Source of the DNA: the human T2T-CHM13v2.0 reference genome, Homo sapiens | NCBI GenBank assembly: GCA_009914755.4 | Contig: CP068257.2 | Location: forward strand, 28,448,001-28,512,000 | Direction of reading: 5' to 3' | DNA: 64,000 nt | Shown here: positions 27,296-40,600 of the stretch, one piece after another | Layout of the letters: the number at the start of each line of letters is the position of its first letter | Position numbering within the stretch: the stretch's first letter is position 1 | The notes under the pieces: generated by a model | Seen by the model: only the letters and a program-made list of their open reading frames with translations | The model's database searches: none | Told to the model about the DNA's origin: nothing | Made by a program: the position numbers and the translations under genes

Positions 27296-29624
27296 CTTAC
27301 ATAATTAAAATATGCTTAATGCATGCATATTAAAAATGTAATTACTAGAACATCAAAGAGGATGAATGTTAAAAGTATGTTAATTGCCACTGTAGAATAT
27401 TCAGGTTGTTTTCTGTGTTTAACTACTCTTATACGAAAAAATATAAGGGTTCAGGTATATTGCTAGTATGCTTTGGTCTTCTTTACCAAACCTTCAATTA
27501 GATGAAAATAATTTGTATAACCCCCAAGCTAAAAGATTCAAAATAGTATTTTCAAAATGTGAAAGCTTAGTTTTGTTAACTTAATTTTCCTTAAAAGCAT
27601 CACAATGAATTCATTGATTTTTCTAAAAAAAAAACTCATTCCTTGGACTATGTTAACTTTTAAAATGTTTACTAAAACCAGTGTGTTTAATAAGAGCATG
27701 ACTTACATAATTTATTTAATCCCTATTAGTATATTATTCCTGGATTTCTCTTAAAAATAAAAGCAAAATTATTTAAGTTATAAACATGTTATAAACATAT
27801 GTGTACTTTTTTTTGTACATTGTCATTTTTATAATCTTATTTTCAGGTTATATTAGGGTTTATTCATTTTGGGGTAAGAAGGCATAAAATATAAGAAAGC
27901 AAAAATTATAAAAAAGATGGGTGAATGAATGAATAGCTGATACCATGAAAGAGGGAATAATCCATAAATTATATAGATATATATATTCTTAAGTAATTAA
28001 ACTTATGAGAGTATTTTTTCCTCTGTCCAATTTCATTTACATTTGGATAAATCTAACTGGAAAGCACAGTTTATGAATTTTACTGTACAGCAATGAGCAA
28101 CTAGATTGTAAAAGATAATAAACTCAACACATAGCCTATCCCATGTCAGAATCAGGTTTAATGTTGAATGTTGCATTTTAAAAATGACAAATTCAAATAA
28201 ATATTTACAAAGAAGGATTGACAGAATGTAAACATTCTAGAAAATATTTTATAGAGGAAGAGTTGAAGAAATAGGAGTGTTAATGTAACTAATAGATGAC
28301 TTCAGGAAACATAATGGCTCTTTTACATTTTTGAAGAATAGCCCAATAGAAGATTGAGTTATATTCATAACTAAAGAGAATTTAGAGTTAATACATAAAA
28401 ATTATAAAACGATGGTTTTGCCAACATAAAGATTTTTATAATATTTTCCAAAGTTGTAGAGTGACTCAGGTTGCAGAAACAAGACTCTGAACTCTTCTAC
28501 ATAGATATTCTTACGTAGTGTGTGATGCTTCTGACCAGGCGGCGTTGGTGTTTGTTCCACCCGTAGGCCCTAGGATTCCATAACACGTTGTTGTTAGATC
28601 CTCCGTTAAAATGTCTGAAGACACATAGAAATGAATTGTTTCAGTCACTATTTTTCTGAAAGTGAAACCACATTACTGAAATATATTATTTTTTGTCCTA
28701 TATGAGGCACAATACCATGACCACCTGTTCGTAGAATGCATCTAACCCAGTCTTTGTTATTTACGGGGTTTGATGATACTTCTGATGCAATTGAAGAGGT
28801 GAAAAAAATGTTCTATATTTTCAGTGCCAATGAAGCTTAAAATAGTTGGAATTTTATGAAGTACTCAGTTTTCTGACAAGAACCCGCTGAAGAGTCTCCT
28901 TAGTGCATCTTCATACTGATAGCTGGAGACTTTGAACACCAAGGCTATGTATGACTTCCCTTGGAGAGACAATTTTAGTGTGGTGGGTACACTCCAAATT
29001 GAACCTGTACTTTTGTAGAGGGAGTGCCAATTCTTCAACAATATTCTCTGTTACATGTAGCTTATAGATGATTATTTTTGCCTAATGTAAAATCAAATGA
29101 ACACGTGCGTAACTTTTTTCTTTTTCTTTTATTTCTTCTGTTTCCTCACTCTTTCCTTCTTTCTCCTTTTTTTAGTTAGTAATTTTTTTATTACCCTGGT
29201 GAGATTAAACCTGGGGCAAAGAATTATTTTTACTTCAATAGTTGGGGTAAATAAATGCATATAGAAAAATAGACACATTTATTTTTGATACAGATGTCTA
29301 AAACTGTCAAGGATATAGACTGAAAAGGAGAAAAAAAACCCAAAACTCAAATTTGTGGCCAACTCAAACTTGAGAAGACCGAATCTGTTTTGTTCCTGAA
29401 AAAGAACTAGTGAAGAGATTGTTGAGATTTTATACTTCCAGGACAAGTATCTAGGATAGTTTTTTTACTTGCAAGGCAGTGGAAACAATATGTGAAAATA
29501 TATATGAAAAATTAAAATTATGTATCTAATAATGAAGCTGGATAGTACTAAAGTTATAATGTGTGCTTTCGAGTTAAACTACCGTATTTGATACCATGTT
29601 CCAACATTCTTTTATTTTTGTAGA

Positions 29625-29720
29625 TCAGCTACTTAAGTTCTCTGTGCCTCAGTTTTCTTATCTGTAAACTGTAAGTAATAGTAGTACTTGTTACATTGGA
29701 TATTATGAGGACCAAACAAA
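29625..29720 (+). mobile_element. MIR SINE core fragment
   Basis: The window has cttaagttctctgtgcctcagttttcttatctgtaaactg…aatagtagtacttgttacattggatattatgagga, against the MIR core …cttaacctctctgtgcctcagtttcctcatctgtaaaatggggataataatagtacctacctcatagggttgttgtgaggat. Confidence 0.55.
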
Positions 29721-29987
29721 ATAACAGATTTATCTAAAACTAATAGCTTATAAAACTCTTAGAAACATGTATGACACATAAAAATTGCTCACCACGTGTT
29801 AGTTATTATTTTCTACTATTTTAATGCAAAGAGTTACAAATATATATTATTTGCTTTTTCACTCTGAAAACTCTAAGGATAAAGTTAAATACATTAATCA
29901 CTCATCAGACTTATTTATGCTCAGGTCGCTGGAACACTAAGTTAGTTCTCAGTCTTCTGAATATAGATGCGTCGGAAGAGACTCTGC

Positions 29988-30352
29988 AGTAGTTTGCTAG
30001 GGCTACCATAACAAAGCAACAAAGACTCAGTGGCTCAAACAACAAAAATTTGTCCAAGATCAAGGTATCAGCAAGTCTGGGTTCTTCTAAGGGCTTTGTC
30101 CTTGGCTTGAAGATGACTACCTTCTCCCTGTGTCTTCACATACCTTCCCTCTATACGTGTTTGTGTCTTGATCTCCCCTTCTTAAAGGACACTCATCTTA
30201 TTGGATTAAAATTCACCTGTACAACCTCTTTTTAACCTACCTACCTCTTTACACATCCTGTCCCCAAATTCAGCCACATTATGAGGTTCTGAAGGTTAGG
30301 ACTTCAACATATGAATGTGGGGGTTAACAGGGAACAATTCAGCCCATAGCAG
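29988..30352 (+). mobile_element. Ancient interspersed repeat, copy B, the same unnamed family as 5066-5499
   Basis: gtttgctagggctaccataacaaagcaacaaagactcagtggctcaaacaacaaaaatttgtccaagatcaaggtatcagcaagtctgggttcttctaagggc…cttcttaaaggacactcatcttattggattaaaattcacc…ttaggacttcaacatatgaatgtgggggttaacagggaacaattcagcccatagcag. Confidence 0.5.
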
Positions 30353-30814
30353 TCTCCATGGGTGATGAGATGCTAGAGTTGAGTATGTTAGGATTGGAAC
30401 AGAATTAACCAAAACAGTACATTCAAGGTGTGGCCCAGGGAGCCCCATGAGAATGTCAGTTTGATTAATGGCAGGAAGGCAGCCTCTATGGCAGAGCTCA
30501 GAGGAGCTGTGGGGACATGCTTAGCAAATTATGTACAGCTGTAATTTGTAGGGGTCTTGAGAAGCCTCACCAAGAATAAACATCTAGATTGGCCATGGGC
30601 ATTAACCCATTCTGCAGGCATTAATGAAGGATATGGGGATGCCAAGGCCTGAAATAAGTTTTAAAGTGTAGAAAATTTCTGAATTTTTTAAGGCAATATA
30701 CTTCAAAATAAGTGGTGAAATTCACAAACTTTGTTAAAGCTAAAGTGGAATACAGAGCCTAGCTTAATAATTTGCATCATCACAAAGGGATTTGGATAAA
30801 AGCTTGATGAGTTA

Positions 30815-33190
30815 AATTTAACACTTTGAAGATATTGCAGGTTTAGTTCTATTCTAGACTACTGCAATAAACCAAATATCACAATAAAACAAATCATTTG
30901 AACTTTTTTATTTTCTCATGCTTATGAAAGATATGTTTATACTATACTGAAGTCTAATAAGTATGTAATAGAATTATGTCTAAAAACAGTGTAGATTTCT
31001 TAATTAAAGTAATTTGTTACTAAAAAAAAATCTAAGAATAGTCACAGCCTTTAGTGAATCATAACCATTTTTCTGGTGTAGGGTCTTGCTTTGATGTTGA
31101 TGACTGATGACTACTCAGGGTGGTGTTTGCTGAAGGCTGGGTTGGCTGTGGCAATTTTAAAAAAAAACACAACAATAAGATTTGTAGCAGTGACTGAATC
31201 TTCCTTTCATGAAAGATTTCTCTGTAGCATGTGATGCTGTTTGATAGAATGTTGCCAACAGTAGAACTTCTTTTAAAATGAAAGTCAATCCTCTCAAGCT
31301 CTGTCACTGTCTTATCAACTAAGTTGATGGAATATTCTCAATCCTTTGTTGTCATTTCAGCAATATTCACAGCATCTTTGCTAGAAGTAGATTGCATTTC
31401 CAGAAATCGCTTTCTTTGCTCATCCATAAGAAACAACTCCTCATCTGTTAAAGTTTTATAAAGAGATTACAGCAATTCAGTCACGTTTTCAGGCTTCACT
31501 TCCAATTCTAGTTCTTTCATGCTTTTCACCACATCTGCAGTTACTTCCTCTACTGAAGTCTTGAACTCTTCCAAGTCATCCCATGAGGGTTGGAATCAAT
31601 CCCTTTCAAAATCCTGTTATTGCTGATATTTTGACCTCCTCCGTGAATCATGAATATTTTTAATGACATTTAGAATGATGAATTCTTTTCAGAAGGTTTT
31701 CAATTTACTTTGCTGAGATCCATCAGAGAAATTGCTATAGTAGCTATGGCCTTACAAAATGTATTTCTTATGTAATAAGACTTGAAAGTTGAAATTACTT
31801 CTTAATCCATGGGCTGAAGAATCGATGTTCTGTTAGCAGGCATAAAAATTAACATTAATCTCCTTGTACATCTCCATCAGAGCTCTTGGGTGACCAAGTA
31901 CATCATCAGTGATCAGTGACATTTTGAAAGGAATCTTTGTGAGCAGTAGGTCTCAACATGCACTTAAAATATTCAGCAAGCCATGCTATAAACGGATGCA
32001 CTGCCATCTAGGCTTCGTTGTTCCATTTATAGAGGACAGGCAGAACAGATTTAGCATAATTCTTAAGAGTCTTTGGATTTTCAGACTGGTAGAAGAGCAT
32101 TGGCTTAAAGTCATTGTATGCATTAGCCCCAAACAAGAGAGTCAGCCTGTCCTTTGAAGTATTGAAGCCAAGAACTGACGTATCTCTAGCAATGTCTTGG
32201 ATGGCAGTTTATTCCAATAGCAGCCCTTTTTGTCTACATTGAAACCTATTGTTTAGTGTAGTCCTCCTTCATCAATTACCCTAGGTAGTTCTAGATAACT
32301 TGCTGCAGCTTCTACGTCAGCACTTGTTGCTTCATCTCGCATTTCTATGTTATGGAGATGGTTTCTTTCCTTAAACCTCATTAACCAAACTTGCTAGCTT
32401 CCAACTTTTTTTCTGCAGCTTCCTCAAGTTTTTCAGCATTTGTAGAATTTATAAAAGAGTTAGGATTTTGCTCTAGATTAGCCTTGGCTTAGGAGAAAAC
32501 CGTGGCTTGTTTAATCTTCTATACAGATCATTAAAAATTTCTACACATCAGCAGTAAGACGGTTTCCCTTTATTATCATTTGTGTGTTCACTGGAGGATT
32601 TAAATTTTCTTCAAAAACTTTTCTTTTGCATTTACAATTTGGCTAACTTGTACAAGAGGCCTACCTTTTGGTCTGTCTTGGCTTTTAATATCCTCACTAA
32701 ACTTAATTATTTCTAACTTTTGATTTAAAATGAGACTTGCAACTCTTCCTTTTACTTGAATATGTAGAGGCCATTGAAGGGTTATTATTGACCTATTTTT
32801 AATATTATTGTGTCTCTGGGGATAAGGAGGCCCCAGGAGAGGAATAAAGGAGGAAATGGCTGGTCAGTGGAGCTGTCAGAACACAACATTCATCAATTGA
32901 GGCTGTCATCTTATATGGGCATGGTTTGTGGTGCCGCAAAACAATTGCAATGTCAATATCAATGATCACTGATTACAGCTCACCATACAGATATAATAAT
33001 AATGAAAAAGTCTGAAATACTGTGAGAATTACCTGAATGTGACACAGAGACACAACTTGAGCACATGCTGTTGGAAAACTGGCACCTGTCGACTTGCTCA
33101 TCACAGGGTTGCCACAAACTTTCAATTTTTAAAAAATGCAATTTTGTGAAGCACGTTGAAGTGAAGTGCCATGAAGCAATGTGTGCCTGT
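30815..33190 (-). mobile_element. Tigger1 pogo-like DNA transposon, near full length at about 2.4 kb, with transposase coding remnants on the - strand
   Basis: Both termini resemble the Tigger1 terminal repeat (left …ctttgaagatattgcaggtttagttctattctagactactgcaataaaccaaatatcacaataaaac… ; right …tgtgaagcacgttgaagtgaagtgccatgaagcaatgtgtgcctg). The interior is collinear with the Tigger1 consensus (…gtcttgctttgatgttgatgactgatgactactcagggtggtgtttgctgaaggctgggttggctgtggcaat…gattctctgtagcatgtgatgctgtttgatagaatg…). Confidence 0.85.
31059..31307 (-). pseudogene. Relic of the Tigger1 transposase C-terminus
   Basis: ORF 31059-31307(-) …STVGNILSNSITCYREIFHERKIQSLLQ…FLKLPQPTQPSANTTLSSHQSSTSKQDPTPEKWL resembles the remembered Tigger/TIGD C-terminal motif …SSTVGKMLSNSIACYREIFRERKSQSM…KKLPQPPQPSATTTLISQQPSTSRQDPPPAKR…. 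Stops and frameshifts lie upstream. Confidence 0.5.
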
Positions 33191-35274
33191 ATTTGGTGTT
33201 TTAATCAGAATCTTTAATGTTTTTCTTAAAATTCAGATGGTTTGGAAATGCATCCTGAGGACACAAACATACAGCAAACCGAAGCATCTATTGTACCCCC
33301 CAACTATGCATCTCTCATAGTGCCTTACAAGAGGGAAACATAATTTGAGAAAATAGAGTCTATTAAGCCCCTCAGATATTTCACAGTGTACATTTTTGTG
33401 TTGCTACAACTTTGTGCATTCCTCTTTCTGTTCCATAAAAAAAGGAACTGCTAGAAACTCGGCTCTTTTCCAAATTGCTATGGGTCCCATTTACTTTTGT
33501 TTTATGTGGAGCTACTCTGCAATATAAACACTATTTTTGTTCTGAAATAGAATTATTATGTTTTAGGTCACATTGGAAAACTTGTGCATGTCTGGGATAA
33601 GCACTGCTTTCTGATTTTCCCAAGAAGCAATCTTTATCTTAAATAAATGGCCTGGCTCTTTCTTAAGCCATTTTAATTTGAAAAGTACCAAAGGAATAGC
33701 AAATTTCAAAGTCTTTATACTGCTGCACCTGTGTGTGTGTATATATGTGCTTCTTATCAAGATAATTCTGTTGCTTTGAGCTCTCTGACACTGGGAAGAA
33801 AACATCCCACTTCATATATTTCTGGCCAGGTTTCTATGATTAATTTTATGCTACAAGAGAAAATTCCAAAGACCTGTAGTGTCAAAGATCACGTTGAACA
33901 GCCTAGCTTTTGATGTTCTTTCTCTTTTTAAGAAATCACATACATGTCTCCGCATAGTCTACTCAGTTCCAGAATTATGAATGATGATCAGCTCTTGTGA
34001 CACTATCTTAATAAATTCTTCGATTTCATACTACTTTTTTCAACAAGTGTTTATTAGATAACTATGTTATTTTCTGAAATATCCTAGGTAGTGACAGAAG
34101 TATGTGAAATAATCAATCTTTAAATTCCTTACATTTTAAAAAGGTAACAAGATATGCTAAATTGTAAAAACAAGTAGTGTAATCATAGGAAATGTATATA
34201 AAGAAAGACTAAACATAATATACATTTAAATATCCAGATCAATGGACAAATAATGAGAAATTTTAGTTTTACTGAAGTTTTCTAAATACACTCCAAAGAA
34301 GATGTAGGATTTGAGACAGGTGAAGAATTCTGAAAGAGGAAAAATAAGATCAATGGCTTAGCAACAAGGGTGCTTGTGACTCATATGTCTTGTGGAGACC
34401 AGCTAGTCTGAAGTGAGGCCAAAAGTTGAGAGTTGTGAAGAGTCTAGACTAGCAAAATGGAACTAAACTGCCCCATGGAGCTTGGCACATCATATAAGGG
34501 ATAGAGGCGCAGACTTGGTCCAATAAGTAATGAAGGTGTTGATAAAGGAAATGGCGTGGTAAAAACCTACTTTGTGAAATGTAAATTTGCTGACTGTGCA
34601 AGACGACATGACTTTGGGGACACTATAGTTAAGAAATCTTGTCACTTTCCATATGTGAGTTCATTAGAGCTGGGGCTAGGGTGAAAGCAGAGAAAATGAG
34701 AAGAAAATGTCAAACAGGGGAGACATTAATGCAATGAATTTGGTGGTAACTTACATAATAAAAAAGAAAGACACTACAGTCCATTGTAGCATTCCATATT
34801 TGGTGCCTGGCATCTGATGTTTCCAGTAACAGAACTGGAGAAACTAGGGAAAGTATTACTAAGTGGGAAAGACAAGGAAGTCAGTGCCTGGACTAATAAG
34901 ATAAACTTGGGGGTCCTCTGAGGGATAAATATCATAAAGGTGATAGTAATTATCAATCAGAACGAAGTTAGGATGGTGATATTGATTTGGAAAAGGGGGC
35001 ATTAAAATGGCAATTGTAAAGTCTAAGTAAGTAGGCTCACCAAGAAAAACACAGCAGAGAGAGAAAAGTAGAGGACAATTGATAAATGGTTTAGTCATGT
35101 TCACCATTAGGAGATGGAGGCTTCCCTCCATCCATGTGATGAGGATGTCACATCAAAGAGGGGGGAATAGTTGGAGAGGTAGGGAGTTTTCCTAAGTAAT
35201 GTCATGGAAGTCAAAGGAGGAGGGAGTGTTTGTTTGAAAATATTGGCTTTTTAAGTATAAAGCAGAACAAGAAA

Positions 35275-35303
35275 GGAAGGAAGGAAGGAAGGGGAAGACA
35301 ATT
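35275..35303. repeat. (GGAA)n microsatellite
   Basis: ggaaggaaggaaggaaggggaag. Confidence 0.85.
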
Positions 35304-36815
35304 CCTTTAAGTGAGAGAAGAGAGTTATAACTCGACTCTTAATAGAGCTATTTAGTATAATAGCAGGAACAAAATCATAATTGCAGGGTGGAAGGGAAGA
35401 AAGGCAAGGTGAAGTAATGTAGGTAGAAGATAAAACCAACATCATTGAAAGTGCCTATATAAAAGATGTGACAATAATTAGGAGCCAGAGGATAAAGTGG
35501 AGGCTTTCCCATTGCGCCTCCCCAAAAGAAGAGATTTCTTTACATATGTGAAAGTAAAGTATTTAAGTGGAAGTAAAGTATTTAACTTATTTGAGAAGTT
35601 AGGATTTAAAGCATACATGAAGTGGTAAGATGTGTCTCTTCTCCTTCACCAGGTTAACCTCTCTATCTGGATCTTTGTTAGTGCATCTTTTTAAATCTCT
35701 CCCAAAACCTCGTGTCATTAATTCTTTTTTTTTTTTTTTTGAGGTTTTCATTCTCAAGCAGCTGTCTGCACTGGCTTCTTGCCAGTGTCTGCAAACACAC
35801 TCTGGTCTCCCCATCCACAAGATATTTTCTCTTACTTGTGCTATACCTCTCAGCTACAAGCTCTCTCTTTTTCCCTCTTATAGAGTTTTCTTCCCTTACT
35901 TTTACTAGAGCTTCCTTTGTGTTCATAGTTCTGCACGCTCCACAAACACTGCTCTTGTCAAGATTATTAATGCGCCTTCATTACCAGATCAACCTGCTGA
36001 TGTCTTTTTCCTTCTTAAAACACTGTTTCTTTTTGGTTTTATGACACCACACTCCGGGCTTTCTTTTATCTCTCAGTATTCTTTGCTAATTGCCTCACTG
36101 TCCTCTCTTCCTCTCACTTGTTCTGCAATCCACCACGCTGCTCTCGTGGCTCCAGCTGTCATTCTTGTGCACTTGAGTCCCAATTCTGGATAAGGGCCTA
36201 CGTCTCTCCTGACTTGCAGACTGGATACTAGATCCCACACAACCCTCTAACTCAATGTTTCTATGGCTGAAGTCATATAGGATAGATATTCCCAAACCTG
36301 CTTTCCTCCTGGTGTTCTGTATCTCAATAACAGCCCACTCTCCGCTCAGTTATCCAAGCCAGAAATTTTGCTGTTATCCTTGCTCTCTCCTTCTTCCTCT
36401 TCTCTCACATCCCATCTGCGAGTAAGTCTTCTTGGTTTTATTTCCTAAATATCTACTAAATCCATCTATGTCATTTCACCTTGACTGCCACCATACTTAT
36501 TCAGGGCACTATAATTTTGGCCTAAATTGTTGTAGAAAATCCCACAACTGATGTCTTTGCTACTGGTTTTTGTCCTTTTCCACCTGTTTCCTTAACATCT
36601 CTTCTGCAATTCCTAAAGCAGCCCTAAAATATGAGCCAAGTCTTGTTATTTCCCTGGATGGAACACTTCCGCAGCTCTCCACTGGGCTCTTTATAACATA
36701 CAAATCCCTTAACATGCCTATGTATTAGCTTTTTAAAAGTATTAAATACTAAAAATATTAAATATCTGTGTGCCAGACATTGTCTAACATAACCACTGAG
36801 TTCCTCCAATGAATG

Positions 36816-37104
36816 TTTTTGTTTTGTTTTGTTTTGTTTTTTTAGATGGAGTCTCACCCTGTCGATAGGCTGGAGTGCAGTGATGCAATCTCGGCTCACT
36901 GCAACCTCCACCTCCCAGGTTAAAGCTATTCTCCTGCCTCAACCTCCCGAGTAGCTGGGACTACAGGCCATGCCAGCTATTTTTTTGTATTTTTAGTAGA
37001 GACAGGGTTTCACCATGTTAGCCAGGATGGTCTTGATCTCTTGACCTTGTGATCCGCCTGCCTCGGCCTCCCAAAGTGCTGGGATTATAGGCATTGCGCC
37101 TGGC
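36816..37104 (-). mobile_element. Alu SINE, full length, with a (TTTTG)n tail
   Basis: (ttttg)n followed by tttagatggagtctcaccctgtcgataggctggagtgcagtgatgcaatctcggctcactgcaacctccacctcccaggttaaagc… and ending …gcctcccaaagtgctgggattataggcattgcgcctggcc. Confidence 0.9.
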
Positions 37105-37349
37105 CCCATCCAATAATGGTTTAAATCAAATCGGAGTTACTGCAGTGCCTCTTTGTAGTCTCTGCTTTCCACGTCCTTCCTAGTAAATCCATGCGGACTT
37201 CTCCGGGAAAATCTCTTATTCCACCTCATGTCTGTGCTTCAGCCAGATTAAATCTTTTCTACATGCTCTCTCTTGTGAACATGCTCTTTTTTATGCCTAC
37301 ACCTAATTTCCATCCCACCTCACTGCCTTTTCTTAGCTAATTCTTACTA

Positions 37350-37625
37350 AAATTTTAGATCATAACTTGCATGTCACTTACTTCCGGAAGCTGGCACTAA
37401 TATGCTACCAATTCCAGCTTGCACATCAATGCTATGCACTTCCCCACCATTCGATATTTGCCACTCAAGGCATTTATGATATTTTATTATAATCACCTGT
37501 CTACCCCAATAGACGGTAAGCTTTCTGAGATCGTTACTTGTTTTGTCCACCTTTGTATCTGTCAAGGCAGTGGCCTGCAGAGAGTAAGTGCCTGGTGATT
37601 ATCCTTTGAATGAGTGAAGGAATGA
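37350..37625 (+). mobile_element. MIR-like SINE fragment
   Basis: The tail reads …ggcagtggcctgcagagagtaagtgcctggtgattatcctttgaatgagtgaaggaatgaatgg, against the MIR tail …agaacagtgcctggcacatagtaagcgctcaataaatgttggttgaatgaatgaatg. Confidence 0.4.
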
Positions 37626-40600
37626 ATGGTTTTGATGTAGGTTTATGTCTATATAAGGAAGATAAATGAAGAAATTCAGGTTTCAATGCTCTTATGAGGT
37701 AAGAGCGTCTGTTCAGAATGTGAGTTTGGCCACAGGAAAACGTAAACAAATAGAAAGAAACATGGAGTTCTGGAGTAGCCTTAATGATCATCAAGAAGAA
37801 ATAGAATTGTTGAGGTATGTAAGGAAGCCAGAGTAAAATTGGATGGCAAAGACTGAACAATGATTTCTGCACCTTTCTCCAGAGGGAACTGTGCTACAGA
37901 GAAAGAGCTCAGAACTCAGAAGTTGGTTGATAGAAGCCCAAGGCTGAGAATCAATTCAGTGCTTAGAGTGGCATGCACTAGTATGTGTGTGTGTGCCTCT
38001 GTTTGTGTTGGAGATAGAGGTATCTGTGAGGTGGTGTACAGCATAGAAATGATAGTGGTTGTGAAGCCAACATATATATATATAACCAAACCTAAAATTT
38101 GAATGAAAAGAGATCCACTCTGCTGGAATAAATTAGATGATATGTGTGAATGGGAGATTTAGAATGGCTACAGGTTCCACTTCACTTCACTAGTGAAAGG
38201 AAGGTATTGAGAGAAGAGAAGCAGAGCATCAAAGAATTTATCAAATTTAGTATTTACTAATTTATCTCATTGCCTGTAATGACAGAAAACTACTTTTCAC
38301 AAATATAGGTGTTTCTATCCAAGTCAGAACTGGTCAATAAGAAATAGTTGATTCTTCACTGGCAAAATTGTGATCAATAGGATGATTGGAGTTTCTTAAA
38401 AAAAAATGTGAAGTCCCTTTCCATATTTCTTTTCTTGATTTCAATCAGTGTAGAAAACAAACACTGGAAGACTCATTTCCCCAGGGCAACTAATTTATCC
38501 ATTTAATGCACTCATTTTGGGATGAATCAATAAACTCTCCAAGTATTTATTGATCCCCTATTTTTGGCACAAGATGATGCTAAGTACTGAGAGTAAACAA
38601 GAAAAATATAAAGCATGATCTCTACCCTCTCAATCTGCAGTGTGCTCCTGTGTCAGTTAATCTGCCCTGATTTCATTGTCATTTCACTTTTGTATACTAG
38701 GAACAGTGTTGTGATGGTGTTAGTCGTTAACGGTATTAGTGACAAAGACTTTTACTGATAATTTCTTGCTATTTAGCTGGTCTTCCATAATTCTTTTTAG
38801 AGTCATCCATAACTACTGGCTCTTTTATGTAATCAACTGTCTTTTCATTTTTTTAAATAAAATGCTAATTTGATAGCATGTTGTAGGTGATAGTAAGCTT
38901 CTTGTGAATTTTAACATCAATATTCCCTATGCTATTCCGTAAAATGTGCTGTTTCTTACTTAAAGAAAGACCTGAATTATAGTGTTTTCTGAATTTGCAT
39001 TGTGATGTATTATAGCTTTGGTTTTATTAATATTCCAAGTAATAAAACCTCTTTAGTCTAATTAACCTTTTGTTCCTTCTGAAAGTTCTACAATTACATT
39101 ATCATTATTTATCATTAATTTGTACAATTATTCATTAAATCATTTATTTATCTTCCTTCTTAAATATAGCCATTATGTTTATGATTTAGAAATATTTTCC
39201 AAGTCTTACTTGGATTTTCCTATTTATATGTAGCTAAGCTTTATTGAATGAATTTTAATGACTTTTTCTGGAATTTCATAATTTAAACATGAAAGCTACA
39301 GAGCCATGATGCTACCTTTCACTTATGAGCTGAGATTTTGTCTAAATTTAGACTGAGAAGTGCAACTTCTATAACCACTATTGATGTTTATGTGGAAATA
39401 TTTTATTTAAGCCGTGAATCAATGTCACAAACCAAAGAAGATAAATGGCAGATACATTTGTTGCAAGACACCATCAGTGAATCTCATAGCCAGTGATGTG
39501 GTTAATTCATGAAAGAATGAAAATAAGACAAAGTAAGAACACCTATTATTTCTGCATTGATAACATCTTGCACTTTTATTCTAACAGATAATGCTCTGCC
39601 CATCTTTTCTCATAGTCAAAATATTGTCTGTAGGAATGCCTCTTTCTGGATTAAAGCAGTAGGCGCTTCTAGAAATCTTTTGAAACACTGGAGTGACTGG
39701 TCTAAAAAGCCAAGGCTATACTGCCTGAAAGCTATTTACAAGTGGGATAGTTACCCATTTGTGCAGAAATGGTTATATGAACCTTTATTAAGGTTAGTGG
39801 ACTCTGAAAAATCTTCTGGGTTTAAGTTTCTATTATTTGTCTAATATTTTCTTTGACATTTCGAAGAATTCTAACAATAAAAATTCTTAGATTCAAGCCT
39901 TATGTCTTCCCTTTCCATGGACATTCTGCTTTGATGGCTAAGTAAAAGAGACAAATCCCTATGGCTGTTGATGAGCAGTGCAGTAGAAAAATGATTTCTA
40001 ATCCCACTCAAAATTTTGCAAAATGCAAACTGATAAACATATGATCACTTCAGGAGCATTCAAAATGGCCACAATCACAGGCACGTTCTCTGCAGGACCT
40101 GCCTACTTTTACAATCTGAAGCTATGCAGTCATATAATTGGAAGCATTCCCACCAGTCCCTTTTGAGGCAGGGAACTTAGGCTGAATATTTAATACGAGT
40201 ATCCATAGAGCTATAGTGAAGAATGTGGACATGAAGATAAATAATGGGAACTCTTATAAAATCTGGGCCATACATATATTTTTATATTGTGCAGTAGTAC
40301 ATAGTAGTACATACGTACTTACATCTGCTATGCTTTGTTACTTTTCCTCACTTTACTCTTTTCCCCTTGTGCATAGTACTGAGTTAATATTCAGTATGCA
40401 CAGCTACATAATTATAAATGCTAAGCAAAGTTTCTAGATTTATATGCTCTGCGAACAGAGCAGCATAACAAATTAAAGATTATAAATCAATTTAGCTATC
40501 CCAAGTTGGAAACTTTTAAAAATGTGTTTATTTTTTAATCGTTTTTTTCTCTCCAAACATTTGAATACTTTGCCTTTGATATATGTTTTGTTGTGGTGGT

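Noticed and set aside
35740-36815. Possible additional old repeat (L2, MIR or MLT-like) between the poly(T) at 35725 and the Alu at 36816
   Set aside because: Only the last roughly 70 bp (36745-36815) resembles a reversed MIR tail (tgtgccagacattgtctaa against tgtgccaggcactgttctaag). The rest could not be assigned to any consensus with confidence.
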